Source: an uncultured Eubacteriales bacterium
GTDB taxonomy: Bacteria; Acidobacteriota; Aminicenantia; Aminicenantales; Aminicenantaceae
Direction of reading: 5' to 3'
DNA: 64,000 nt
NCBI GenBank assembly: GCA_964347035.1
Contig: CAYFXE010000002.1
Location: forward strand, 17,692-81,691
Shown: positions 35,208-43,885 of the stretch, piece after piece
Layout: each line of letters opens with the position of its first letter
How positions within the stretch are numbered: position 1 is the stretch's first letter
The notes under the pieces: model-generated
What the model was told of the DNA's origin: nothing
The model's database searches: none
The model's input: the letters and a program-made list of their open reading frames with translations, nothing else
Program-made: the position numbers and the translations under genes

Positions 35208-38045
35208 ATGAGAGAAAAGATCCTGAAAAAATTAGCTAGCTGGCATGCCTCTCATCCATGGAGGATGCTGATTGTTGTGTTACTTCTTACTGTTTTCTTC
35301 AGTGCTTTTGCTGCTCAATACAGAGTGACCATGCAGTGGTCGGACCTGCTGCCAACCGGAGATAAGAGGACGGTTCAATTCAACAAAATTATCGATGAGT
35401 TTGTCTCCTCGACGAGCCTCGTCGTGCTGGTCCAAGGGGAGGAGGAACGGATCAAAGAATTCGCAGATGTTCTTGCCCCTCGTATCCTCGAGGCCAGAGA
35501 TTCCAGTAAGAACACCTCCCTCCAGAAAAAAATCGGCAAAAACCAGGAAAAAATAGAGAAGCTTAAGGTTAAAGGAAAGGAAGAATCAAAAATAGCCGAA
35601 CTCCAATCCGAGATCAGAGAACTTCAGTCTCAGATAGATAAGCAAATGTTTCAGCGCGTGGATTACAAAACCCCAGTTGAATTCCTGAGAAACCATGGGC
35701 TGATGCTTGTCAAAGAAGAGGATTTAAAAAACGTCAAGGACATATTCATGGATCCCAACCTGGATGCTCTGTTAGTCAACATCAACAACTCGATGGAGAA
35801 GGAGTATGTGGGCCAGGAGGAGTCGATCTCGACCCGGGAGAAGGAGGACGGAGCCTTTGTCTTCTTGGATGGCATCCAGAACCTGGTTCTCACCCTGCAA
35901 AAGGTGGTTCGAGGGGAAGAGGTTGCCGAAAAGGAAGTTATATCGGCCGGAGATAAGCTTCTTTTAGGCGAGCCCTATTTTATGTCCTACGACAAGAAGG
36001 CGCTCATCCTCAACGCCATTCCTAACTTTTCTATCGTCGATCAGTATCTTCTGGTTTATGCTACAGACACAGTCGGGGAAATTGTCGATGAGCTTTTGAG
36101 GGATTATCCGGATGTGGAAGCTGGCTTAACAGGCACAATCGCTGTTGAACGAGACGAGAATGTCTATGTCAATAAAAGCTTGGGCTCTACGACAGTCATT
36201 GCCCTGATATCCATCCTGGTTCTTCTCATGTTGTCTTTCAGGATGTGGGTGGCTCCTATCCTGGCTTTATCCAACCTCATGCTGGGCTTGGTCTGGGCCT
36301 TAGGGGCGGCCTTGTTGGTCGTTGGCCAGCTGAACTTGATGACGGTCATGATGGCTGTCATCCTTCTCGGGCTGGGTGTCGATTTTTCGATTCATATGAT
36401 ATCAGGATTCACCGAATGGCGGGCAGCCGGAGACAATATCGCTCAGGCTATGGAGAAGACATTCATCAAGAGTGGAAAGGGAATCCTGACTGGAGGTGTG
36501 ACCACGGCCTTTGCCTTCATGGCTTTGATCATCTGTCGCTCCCGCGGCCTTAAGGAAATGGGCATTGTCACTGGAACAGGCCTGCTGGCCATCCTGCTGG
36601 CCACGTTCCTGTTTCTCCCAGTTTTATTGGTGTTCAGGGAACGTCGCATCGACAAAAAGATTGGCACTGGAGCCAAAAAATTTGTCCGTCGGGATATCAG
36701 TTTTCGGTTTCTCGGCCGGACCTGCCAATGGTTGGGTAAGCACTATGTTTTTGCTATTATCGCTTCCATCTTGATCAGCGCTTTCATGGTTTGGTCAGCC
36801 CTCAAGATCACCTTCGACCATAATTACTTGAACATGGAACCCAAAGGATTGACCTCGATTGCGCTGCAAGATGTCATCATGGAGAAGTTCGATTTGAGCA
36901 TGGACTACGCCATGGTTTTGACGGATGATGTTGAAGAGAGCCGGAATCTGTCAGAGAAATTCCGCGATCTTGGTTCTGTCGCCGTCACCGAGGATATATC
37001 GGCTTTTCTGCCCTCTACGGAACAGCAGGAGCGAAGAATTCCGCATCTCCTCGAGATTCGCCAGAGTATCCAATCTGGCTCTAACAGATCAGATGTGCTT
37101 CCTGAGGTACTGCCTGGTCTGCGCCAAGAAATCGAACGGTTAGAGATGAACATCATAGAAATGCAGGACATGGCTTATCTAGGGGGGCATGACAAGGTAG
37201 ACAATAAATGCAAAGAGATTGTGGGCGATCCGGATAATCCCGATTCCAGGAATATCATCCAGGAATTGCTGGAGTTGATGAACACAGATGTTGCTTTGTT
37301 GACAGCCGGCCTCTCTCGGTTCCAACAGCATTTTGCTCCTCATTTCCAGGAATCAGTGGTTAAGATGTGCTCGGTCGAGCCGGTAAACCTAGAGGATCTC
37401 CCGGACAACATCCTGGACCGGTACAGCAACAGAACCAGAGATCAATTCTTGATTACGGTTTTACCTGCAGGCCATATATGGCAAGATGCGAAATTTCTCG
37501 ACCGGTTTGTGGATGACCTGGAGCGGGTGAGTGACAAGGCCACCGGGATGCCTCCTGTTTTCCTCGCTCTGATCCGCATCATCGCTCAGGACGGCCAAAA
37601 CGCGGCTCTGTTGACCCTGGCCGTTGTCTTCCTTCTCCTGTGCGTGGATTTTATGAGCCCTCGGAAGGCCTTGTTAGCCATGATTCCGCTTGCCCTCGGA
37701 ATGTTCTGGATGGTCGGGTTGATGTACCTGACTGGTATGCAACTGACGATGATGAATGTCATGGCCCTTCCTATTATCATAGGTATCGGTATTGACGACG
37801 GCGTGCACATCATCCATCGCTGGAAACATGAAGGGAAGGGAAAAATCCGGACGGTTTTTTCCAGCACAGGGAAAGCGATCTTTCTCACCTCGTTAACAAC
37901 CATGTTAGCCTTTGGATCGCTGGTCTTCTCTGTTTTTAGAGGGTTTGGTCACCTCGGAGGAGCCATGTTCCTGGGTGTGGGTGCCTGCTTCCTGACCACG
38001 GTCATCATCCTCCCAGGATTTATCGGCATGATCGAAAAGAAATAG
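35208..38045 (+). CDS. MMPL/RND-superfamily transporter (HpnN-like architecture)
   Basis: Two 6-TM bundles ('LLGLGVDFSIHM', 'IIGIGIDDGVHIIHRW') separated by large periplasmic domains, plus a Lys/Glu coiled-coil insert near the N-terminus. Confidence 0.8.
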   Translation: MREKILKKLASWHASHPWRMLIVVLLLTVFFSAFAAQYRVTMQWSDLLPTGDKRTVQFNKIIDEFVSSTSLVVLVQGEEERIKEFADVLAPRILEARDSSKNTSLQKKIGKNQEKIEKLKVKGKEESKIAELQSEIRELQSQIDKQMFQRVDYKTPVEFLRNHGLMLVKEEDLKNVKDIFMDPNLDALLVNINNSMEKEYVGQEESISTREKEDGAFVFLDGIQNLVLTLQKVVRGEEVAEKEVISAGDKLLLGEPYFMSYDKKALILNAIPNFSIVDQYLLVYATDTVGEIVDELLRDYPDVEAGLTGTIAVERDENVYVNKSLGSTTVIALISILVLLMLSFRMWVAPILALSNLMLGLVWALGAALLVVGQLNLMTVMMAVILLGLGVDFSIHMISGFTEWRAAGDNIAQAMEKTFIKSGKGILTGGVTTAFAFMALIICRSRGLKEMGIVTGTGLLAILLATFLFLPVLLVFRERRIDKKIGTGAKKFVRRDISFRFLGRTCQWLGKHYVFAIIASILISAFMVWSALKITFDHNYLNMEPKGLTSIALQDVIMEKFDLSMDYAMVLTDDVEESRNLSEKFRDLGSVAVTEDISAFLPSTEQQERRIPHLLEIRQSIQSGSNRSDVLPEVLPGLRQEIERLEMNIIEMQDMAYLGGHDKVDNKCKEIVGDPDNPDSRNIIQELLELMNTDVALLTAGLSRFQQHFAPHFQESVVKMCSVEPVNLEDLPDNILDRYSNRTRDQFLITVLPAGHIWQDAKFLDRFVDDLERVSDKATGMPPVFLALIRIIAQDGQNAALLTLAVVFLLLCVDFMSPRKALLAMIPLALGMFWMVGLMYLTGMQLTMMNVMALPIIIGIGIDDGVHIIHRWKHEGKGKIRTVFSSTGKAIFLTSLTTMLAFGSLVFSVFRGFGHLGGAMFLGVGACFLTTVIILPGFIGMIEKK

Positions 38046-38187
38046 TAAAACAGTCAACAATTTCCAGTTTTCAGTTAAAAATAAGATTTTTTTCTGATTA
38101 CTGGCAACTGTTGACTGACAACTGTCAACTGAATCCTGATTGACCGAATTCGATGTCTGTGGTATATGAAAAAATAGGAAAACATCG

Positions 38188-40059
38188 ATGGCGCACATTG
38201 TATTGAAGCAACTTGACTCCCAAGTCAGAAGCTTTGCTCTCGCTAAAGAAGTGACGACCATAGGGAGAAGCTTGGCCAATGACATCACCATCATAGATCC
38301 CTTCGTCTCTCGCGTCCACGCTAAAATCATTGAAAAGGAAGGGGGCTATGAGATTCTCGATCTGGGCGCCAAGCATGCCGTCGAAGTCAACGGTAAGATC
38401 ATCTCCCGCCAACGTCTTAAAGAAGGCGATAAGATAACACTAGGGAGCTCTCTGCTGATCTTCCAGTCTGAAGATGTCTGTGCGGCTAAAGACGTGACCT
38501 TTCTTACCAACGAAGAAATGTCAGAGGAGTCTGTAGAAGTAGCTTCCTTCGATTCGAAGAAGACCGTTCCTTTCTCCATCGAGGATGTGGATGTCAAGGA
38601 TTTCGTCACCCTCCACAAGGATCATCAAAGACTGATGCTACTTTATCAATTCGGCGGGATAATCAACATATACCTCGAAGATATCCATCATCTTCTTGAA
38701 GAAATTTTAAGCGCTGTCTTCAAGACCCTGGATGCAGAAAGAGGCTTCATTGCCCTCGTGGATGAAGGAACCGGAGAGTTGACCTGCGAGCTCGTTCGAG
38801 ATAGTTCATCTGGTATGACACCGGAAAGACTCGAGGTTAGCAAGACGATCATCCATAAAGTGCAGAGGGAGGGGCTCGCCATCCTGACGATGAATGCCCT
38901 GAAGGACAGCCAGTTCGAGAAAGCAAAGAGCATCCAAGAATACAGCATCAGGTCAGCCATATGTGCTCCCCTCCTGTTCCGGGGAGAAGTTCTCGGTATT
39001 GTCTACTTAGACAATCGGGCTTCAGCCGGAGTTTTTTCAGAGGAGGATCTCAAGTTTTTGACGGCCATTTGCCATCAGGCGGGGATTGCCATGGGGAATG
39101 CTCATCTTCACAGACAGGTGGTTCAAGAGAACATCCGGCTGGAAAATGCGCTGAGACCAAAATTCGAGATTTTGGGTGAATCGGCGAAGATGAAAAAGGT
39201 CTTCAGCACCATGAAAAAAGTCTCTCCCTCGGATATCACTGTGCTTATCCAGGGGCAGACCGGGACCGGAAAAGAAATCGTGGCCAAAGCGATCCACACT
39301 CTTTCTCCGCGAGCTAAAAATCCTTTCGTGGCGGTTAACTGTGCAGCCATTCCGAGAGAGTTGATCGAAAGCGAACTTTTCGGCCATGAGAAGGGGGCCT
39401 TCACCGGAGCCATCAGCACTCGTCTGGGGAAGTTCCAGATAGCCCATGGTGGAACCATTTTTCTCGACGAAATCGGTGACATGAGTCTGGAGACGCAGGC
39501 TAAAGTTCTGCGGACATTGGAAGAAAAGGAATTCCAGCGGATCGGCGGGACAAAGACCTTTCAGGTGGATGTGAGGGTTATTGCCGCTACGAACAAGGAT
39601 CTGGCGAAGGAAGTCGAAAAGAGAAAATTTCGAGAGGATCTGTATTATCGATTAAATGTGGTCTCCATCGACCTCCCCGCCTTGCGGGACAGGAAAAAGG
39701 ACATCATTCCCTTAGCAGAGCATTTTGCTGGTGAGGGAGTAAAGATTTCCCCTCAAGCGAAGAAACTGCTGCTGTCCTACGAATGGCCCGGCAACGTGAG
39801 GGAATTGAAAAACAATATAGAGAGGGCCGTCGTTATGGGAGATGGGAAAGTCATCCAGCCTGAGGATCTTCCCCATAACCTTAGAACTGGCGGAAAGATT
39901 ATCCCTTCTCCTCTAGAGTCGCTCGAGCAGTTGGAAGAAGACCATATCATCCGGGTTCTGCGACAAACAGGTTGGAATAAGAGTGATGCGTCCAGGGTAC
40001 TCGGGATCACCCGTCAGACCCTGGATAACAAAATCGAGAAATACAAAATAAAAAAGTAG
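38188..40059 (+). CDS. sigma-54-dependent transcriptional activator with FHA + GAF + AAA+ + Fis-type HTH domains
   Basis: FHA: 'TTIGRSLANDITIIDPFVSRVHAKI'. GAF region. Walker A 'GQTGTGKE'. Sigma-54 contact loop 'GAFTGA'. C-terminal 'RVLGITRQTLDNKIEKY'. Confidence 0.9.
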   Translation: MAHIVLKQLDSQVRSFALAKEVTTIGRSLANDITIIDPFVSRVHAKIIEKEGGYEILDLGAKHAVEVNGKIISRQRLKEGDKITLGSSLLIFQSEDVCAAKDVTFLTNEEMSEESVEVASFDSKKTVPFSIEDVDVKDFVTLHKDHQRLMLLYQFGGIINIYLEDIHHLLEEILSAVFKTLDAERGFIALVDEGTGELTCELVRDSSSGMTPERLEVSKTIIHKVQREGLAILTMNALKDSQFEKAKSIQEYSIRSAICAPLLFRGEVLGIVYLDNRASAGVFSEEDLKFLTAICHQAGIAMGNAHLHRQVVQENIRLENALRPKFEILGESAKMKKVFSTMKKVSPSDITVLIQGQTGTGKEIVAKAIHTLSPRAKNPFVAVNCAAIPRELIESELFGHEKGAFTGAISTRLGKFQIAHGGTIFLDEIGDMSLETQAKVLRTLEEKEFQRIGGTKTFQVDVRVIAATNKDLAKEVEKRKFREDLYYRLNVVSIDLPALRDRKKDIIPLAEHFAGEGVKISPQAKKLLLSYEWPGNVRELKNNIERAVVMGDGKVIQPEDLPHNLRTGGKIIPSPLESLEQLEEDHIIRVLRQTGWNKSDASRVLGITRQTLDNKIEKYKIKK

Positions 40060-40085
40060 AATCAAGAATTTTCCCCTGTTATTCT

Positions 40086-40110
40086 GAATGAAAATTAGAC
40101 AAAATCATTC
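40086..40110 (+). promoter_or_regulatory. distal conserved upstream motif (candidate activator site)
   Basis: GAATGAAAATTAGACAAAATCATTC is near-identical to GAATGAAATTTAGACAAATTC at 46700-46720. TTAGACA lies 152 nt upstream of the promoter GG. Confidence 0.55.
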
Positions 40111-40178
40111 ATCGTAGCCTTATTTCCTTTAATTATAATAATATACACTCAATTTGTCTCCTATTTTACCCCAATTAT

Positions 40179-40195
40179 GTCTAAATATTAGACAG
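40179..40195. promoter_or_regulatory. proximal palindromic upstream motif (candidate activator site)
   Basis: TGTCTAA-ATA-TTAGACA. TTAGACA lies 58 nt upstream of the promoter GG. Confidence 0.6.
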
Positions 40196-40245
40196 ATTTT
40201 TTTTATTTTAGCCTGATTTCCTGGGGAAACTGGGGATATAGGTCT

Positions 40246-40261
40246 TGGCACAAAAAATGCA
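40246..40261 (+). promoter_or_regulatory. sigma-54 (-24/-12) promoter motif
   Basis: TGGCACAAAAAATGCA, with GG and GC spaced 12 nt apart. It lies 81 nt upstream of the 40342 ATG. Confidence 0.75.
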
Positions 40262-40341
40262 CATTGGATATTGTTTGAACGTTATTACTATGTTTACTGA
40301 TAAATTAGGCATTTTATTTCAATTAAAAGAAGAGGTGTGCT

Positions 40342-40821
40342 ATGCATAAAAAGACATTTATTCTTTTTTGTGCAGCTTTGCTCATACCCTCGTTGATTTA
40401 CGCCCAGCCTGAAGAGACAGGACATATCAAAGGTGTCGTAATTAATCCTGAAGGAAAGCCTCTGCCAGGTGTGACGGTTATCCTGGAGTCTTCTGCTATC
40501 GTTGTCCCCTCATTGGAAACAATAACCGACGAGAACGGTTTGTATAGTTTTGCTTCGCTTCCGCCCGGCGAGTATGAGTTGATTTATTCTCAACCGCATA
40601 GGGAAAAAGTCATACAAAGCGGCATACAGCTTTCGGCAGGAATGACGGTGACCATCGATGTCAACATGACCTGGAGAGCGACAGAAGAATCCATCTTCGT
40701 CAAGGCAAAAGCGCCGACCATCCACATAAAAACCACGAAGGGTGTGATGTCGTTGAGCATTGAATTCCTCCAGTCGCTTTCTTTTTTCCTGAATCTTGTT
40801 TCGAATATGCCCCATGACTAG
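40342..40821 (+). CDS. stand-alone signal peptide + CarboxypepD_reg-like domain; truncated paralog of the N-terminus of the next gene (possible gene fragment)
   Basis: It aligns residue-for-residue with aa 1-~150 of the 40971 product ('EGKPLPGVTVILESSAIVVPSLETITDENG' vs 'EGEPLPGVTVILKSPAIVVPSLETITNESG'). It then terminates where the plug domain would start. Confidence 0.6.
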   Translation: MHKKTFILFCAALLIPSLIYAQPEETGHIKGVVINPEGKPLPGVTVILESSAIVVPSLETITDENGLYSFASLPPGEYELIYSQPHREKVIQSGIQLSAGMTVTIDVNMTWRATEESIFVKAKAPTIHIKTTKGVMSLSIEFLQSLSFFLNLVSNMPHD

Positions 40822-40875
40822 GCGGGATTTCTGTATTTAAGATGGATTTTTCGGAAAATCGGAGGATGTAAGGCT

Positions 40876-40891
40876 TGCCACGAAAAATGCG
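40876..40891 (+). promoter_or_regulatory. degenerate copy of the sigma-54 promoter (-24 GG changed to GC)
   Basis: TGCCACGAAAAATGCG sits at the position homologous to 40246-40261 within the duplicated unit. Confidence 0.35.
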
Positions 40892-40970
40892 AGTTTTATG
40901 TTATCCAAATACCGTGGATACATTTACACATAAAAGAGGCATTTTTTGAAACCAAAAAAGGAGGTGTTTT

Positions 40971-43805
40971 ATGCTTAGAAAAATTTCTATTCTATTCTGT
41001 GCGGTTTTACTGATTCCCGCGCTTATTCATGCCCAAGCTGGACAGACAGGAGCCATCAGCGGAACGGTTCTCACTCCTGAAGGAGAGCCTCTGCCCGGTG
41101 TGACGGTTATCCTGAAATCCCCCGCTATTGTAGTGCCTTCGCTCGAAACAATCACCAACGAGAGCGGCATGTATCGTTTTGTCTCGCTTTCTCCTGGTGA
41201 ATACGAGTTGACCTATTCTCTACCTGGAGTGGAAAGAGTGGTCCGACGTGGTATTCAGGTCTCAGTAGGAATGACGGTGACCCTCGATGTCAACATGACC
41301 TTGAGGACGACCGATGAATACATCGTCGTCGAAGGTCAAGCGCCGACCATTGACAAGATGAACACGAAAGGTGTGACCTCGTTGAATGTTGAATTCCTCC
41401 AGTCGATCCCGTCTGCCCGTCAATTGAATGATTATTTCAACATGGCTCCTGGGGTCACAGGCAGTGTTGCCCATGGAAGCTCGACCAAAGAGAATTCCTA
41501 CAACCTGGACGGAGTGAACATCGCTGATCCAGATACAGGGACCCAACTTGTCTTCTTTGGGATGGATGTTATGGAGGAGATCTCCATCCAGAGTGGTGGT
41601 CTTTCGGCTGAATACGGAAGTGTCAAGGGCGCTGTGATCAACGTCATTTCCAAATCAGGAGGAAATACTTACCACGGATCGGCCAGCTTCTATTACAACC
41701 ACGAGAAGCTCCAATCCGATAACACAGAAGGAACAGGAGTCGAGGGAACGAGTGGTAACCAGTGGGAGTACGAACCCGTGCTCACTTTCGGAGGCCCACT
41801 ACTCAGGGATAAGCTCTGGTTTTTCACCAACATGAGCTTCTGGAGATCCTCTTACTTTATCAACGGCTATCCAGCCGATGAACCTGACAACCCTATTGCC
41901 ATCAAAGAGATGAGACCTTATCCTTACCTCAAATTCACCTTCCAACCCAACCAGGCCAATAAATTCGTCGTTTCCTACAACTACTCCGACAGGAGATTAG
42001 ACCACAGATTTGCTGCTTGGAACCAGACAGAAGGTGTTACAGCCATCCAGAAAGGACCTGCCCATGTTTTCAATTTCCACTGGAACAGACAATTCAATGC
42101 GAACCTGTTTACGGAATTTAAAGTGGCTGTTATAAGAAGCAACCTGATATTCAAAGGAAAAGACCCTAACCAGGGATACAGGCTAGATGTCGAGACTGGG
42201 ATCTGGAGCGGGTCCTATTTCAGGGCCCTGGATGAGAATCCGCGTAACCGCTATCAGTTCAACGCCAACGCCACGGCCTTTGTCGATGACCTGGCCGGTT
42301 CACACGAGTTGAAGATCGGCGGCGAACTTCAGTTGGGAAGGACAGGTTGGAAAATCGACTTCAGCCGAGATCCTCAGACCGGATTAAGCTATATGATCGA
42401 TTTCCCGGAGTATTTTGAACAATTCGGCCTCTATAATTATGGCTATTACATCGTTGACTTCGAGAGGAAAGAAGGATTCAACAATGTCGGTCTGTATGTC
42501 AACGATGCCTGGTCCCCCACAAAATGGCTGACCGTGAACTTAGGAGCCAGGTTCGAGTACAACGCCACCATCTGGCCGCCGCAGATGGAGGAGGAAGGTC
42601 CTCAGGAGTTCATGGGTTTATCCTACAACCGGTCGATCACCGAGACGATGACGCCGATGAAATGGGTCAACCTCGTGCCAAGGCTGGGTATCATCATCGA
42701 TCCCTTCAAGAAAGGATCCACCCTTATTAAGGCTTCCTACGGCCGGTACATCCAGCCGAACATCACCGAATGGGTTAACCTCGGACATCCGAACGGATGG
42801 TTTTATTATGCGCAACGGTATGACTGGGAAGGCAACCTTGTTGGTGATCCTTATGCTATCAATCTCCCTGGTGGCCAGACGGTAGGATATCCAGGCTACA
42901 ACAACGGTAAACTCAAAGCCCCTTATGTGGACGAAGTCACCGTCGGGATTGAGAGGGAACTTTTCGAGAACTGGTCTTTAGGCCTCCGCTACATCAAAAA
43001 GTGGGATCGGAATCTCATCGAGAATGTGGATGCGGCTCAACTGGATATGGATGCCCTTCTGAATGATGGCGAACTCGTCTGGACCAACTGGGAACTCGTG
43101 ACAGCCATCGATCCTTACGATGACAAGGAAGTGACCTTCTGGGATTGGATCAATCCATATCTCCCTAACGAGGTTTACATCATCAATCCTCCAGGAGCAG
43201 AGAGGGATTATGATGGCCTGGAGTTCAAGCTGAGTAAACGGTACAGCGCCGGCTGGCAGGTCCATCTGACCTATGTCTACCAGAAATCCACGGGATTGAT
43301 CCCGACTGCCGATTCCCAATCCGGACAAGAAGCCAACGGTATGAGAGGTACATCCGGTCTTTATGAAAATCCCAATGCCCACTATAACGCCGAAGGGCGC
43401 TTTCCGAGAGAAAGACGTCACATGCTGAAGCTCCACGGTTTGGTGAAAGGGCCTCTGGGCATCAATCTTTCCGGATATTTTTCGGTGATGAGCGGCCGCC
43501 GGTACACGAGAAGAGTCTCCAGTGCTGGACTCGGCCTTAACTTGTACACAGATGTTGTGACCTTTGCCGAGCCATTAGGGGGTCAAGGATATCCGACTTT
43601 AACCAACCTGGATTTGAGATTGGAAAAAGAATTTCGCATCAAAGGCGTAAGACTGAGTGTCTTCGGTGATGCGTTCAACGTTTTTAACGACAACGCTGTG
43701 ACAGTAGTTCGGACGATCTCCAACAGAACGAGTTACGAATTCAAAGAGCCGAGAACAATCGTACCTCCGCGCATATTCCAACTCGGAGCCAAGATCGAGT
43801 TTTAA
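40971..43805 (+). CDS. CarboxypepD_reg-domain TonB-dependent-receptor-like outer-membrane protein (paralog 1)
   Basis: Signal peptide; N-terminal carboxypeptidase-regulatory-like beta-sandwich; plug-like 'ENSYNLDGVNIADP'; long beta-barrel region; C-terminal 'QLGAKIEF'. Confidence 0.8.
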   Translation: MLRKISILFCAVLLIPALIHAQAGQTGAISGTVLTPEGEPLPGVTVILKSPAIVVPSLETITNESGMYRFVSLSPGEYELTYSLPGVERVVRRGIQVSVGMTVTLDVNMTLRTTDEYIVVEGQAPTIDKMNTKGVTSLNVEFLQSIPSARQLNDYFNMAPGVTGSVAHGSSTKENSYNLDGVNIADPDTGTQLVFFGMDVMEEISIQSGGLSAEYGSVKGAVINVISKSGGNTYHGSASFYYNHEKLQSDNTEGTGVEGTSGNQWEYEPVLTFGGPLLRDKLWFFTNMSFWRSSYFINGYPADEPDNPIAIKEMRPYPYLKFTFQPNQANKFVVSYNYSDRRLDHRFAAWNQTEGVTAIQKGPAHVFNFHWNRQFNANLFTEFKVAVIRSNLIFKGKDPNQGYRLDVETGIWSGSYFRALDENPRNRYQFNANATAFVDDLAGSHELKIGGELQLGRTGWKIDFSRDPQTGLSYMIDFPEYFEQFGLYNYGYYIVDFERKEGFNNVGLYVNDAWSPTKWLTVNLGARFEYNATIWPPQMEEEGPQEFMGLSYNRSITETMTPMKWVNLVPRLGIIIDPFKKGSTLIKASYGRYIQPNITEWVNLGHPNGWFYYAQRYDWEGNLVGDPYAINLPGGQTVGYPGYNNGKLKAPYVDEVTVGIERELFENWSLGLRYIKKWDRNLIENVDAAQLDMDALLNDGELVWTNWELVTAIDPYDDKEVTFWDWINPYLPNEVYIINPPGAERDYDGLEFKLSKRYSAGWQVHLTYVYQKSTGLIPTADSQSGQEANGMRGTSGLYENPNAHYNAEGRFPRERRHMLKLHGLVKGPLGINLSGYFSVMSGRRYTRRVSSAGLGLNLYTDVVTFAEPLGGQGYPTLTNLDLRLEKEFRIKGVRLSVFGDAFNVFNDNAVTVVRTISNRTSYEFKEPRTIVPPRIFQLGAKIEF

Positions 43806-43830
43806 GGGCTAGTAAAACTCGGTCGGAAAA

Positions 43831-43861
43831 GGGAGGCTCTTTTGAGTCTCCCTTTTTTTTT
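43831..43861 (+). terminator. rho-independent terminator
   Basis: GGGAGGCTC-TTTT-GAGTCTCCC followed by a T9 run. Confidence 0.75.
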
Positions 43862-43885
43862 GATAGAATACCGGTTGATAAGTTA

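Noticed and set aside
38101-38117. CTGGCAACTGTTGACTG as a sigma-54 promoter for the activator gene.
   Set aside because: The -12 position reads CT, not GC, and the spacing does not fit. A sigma-70-like TTGACC/TATATG pair downstream is more plausible.
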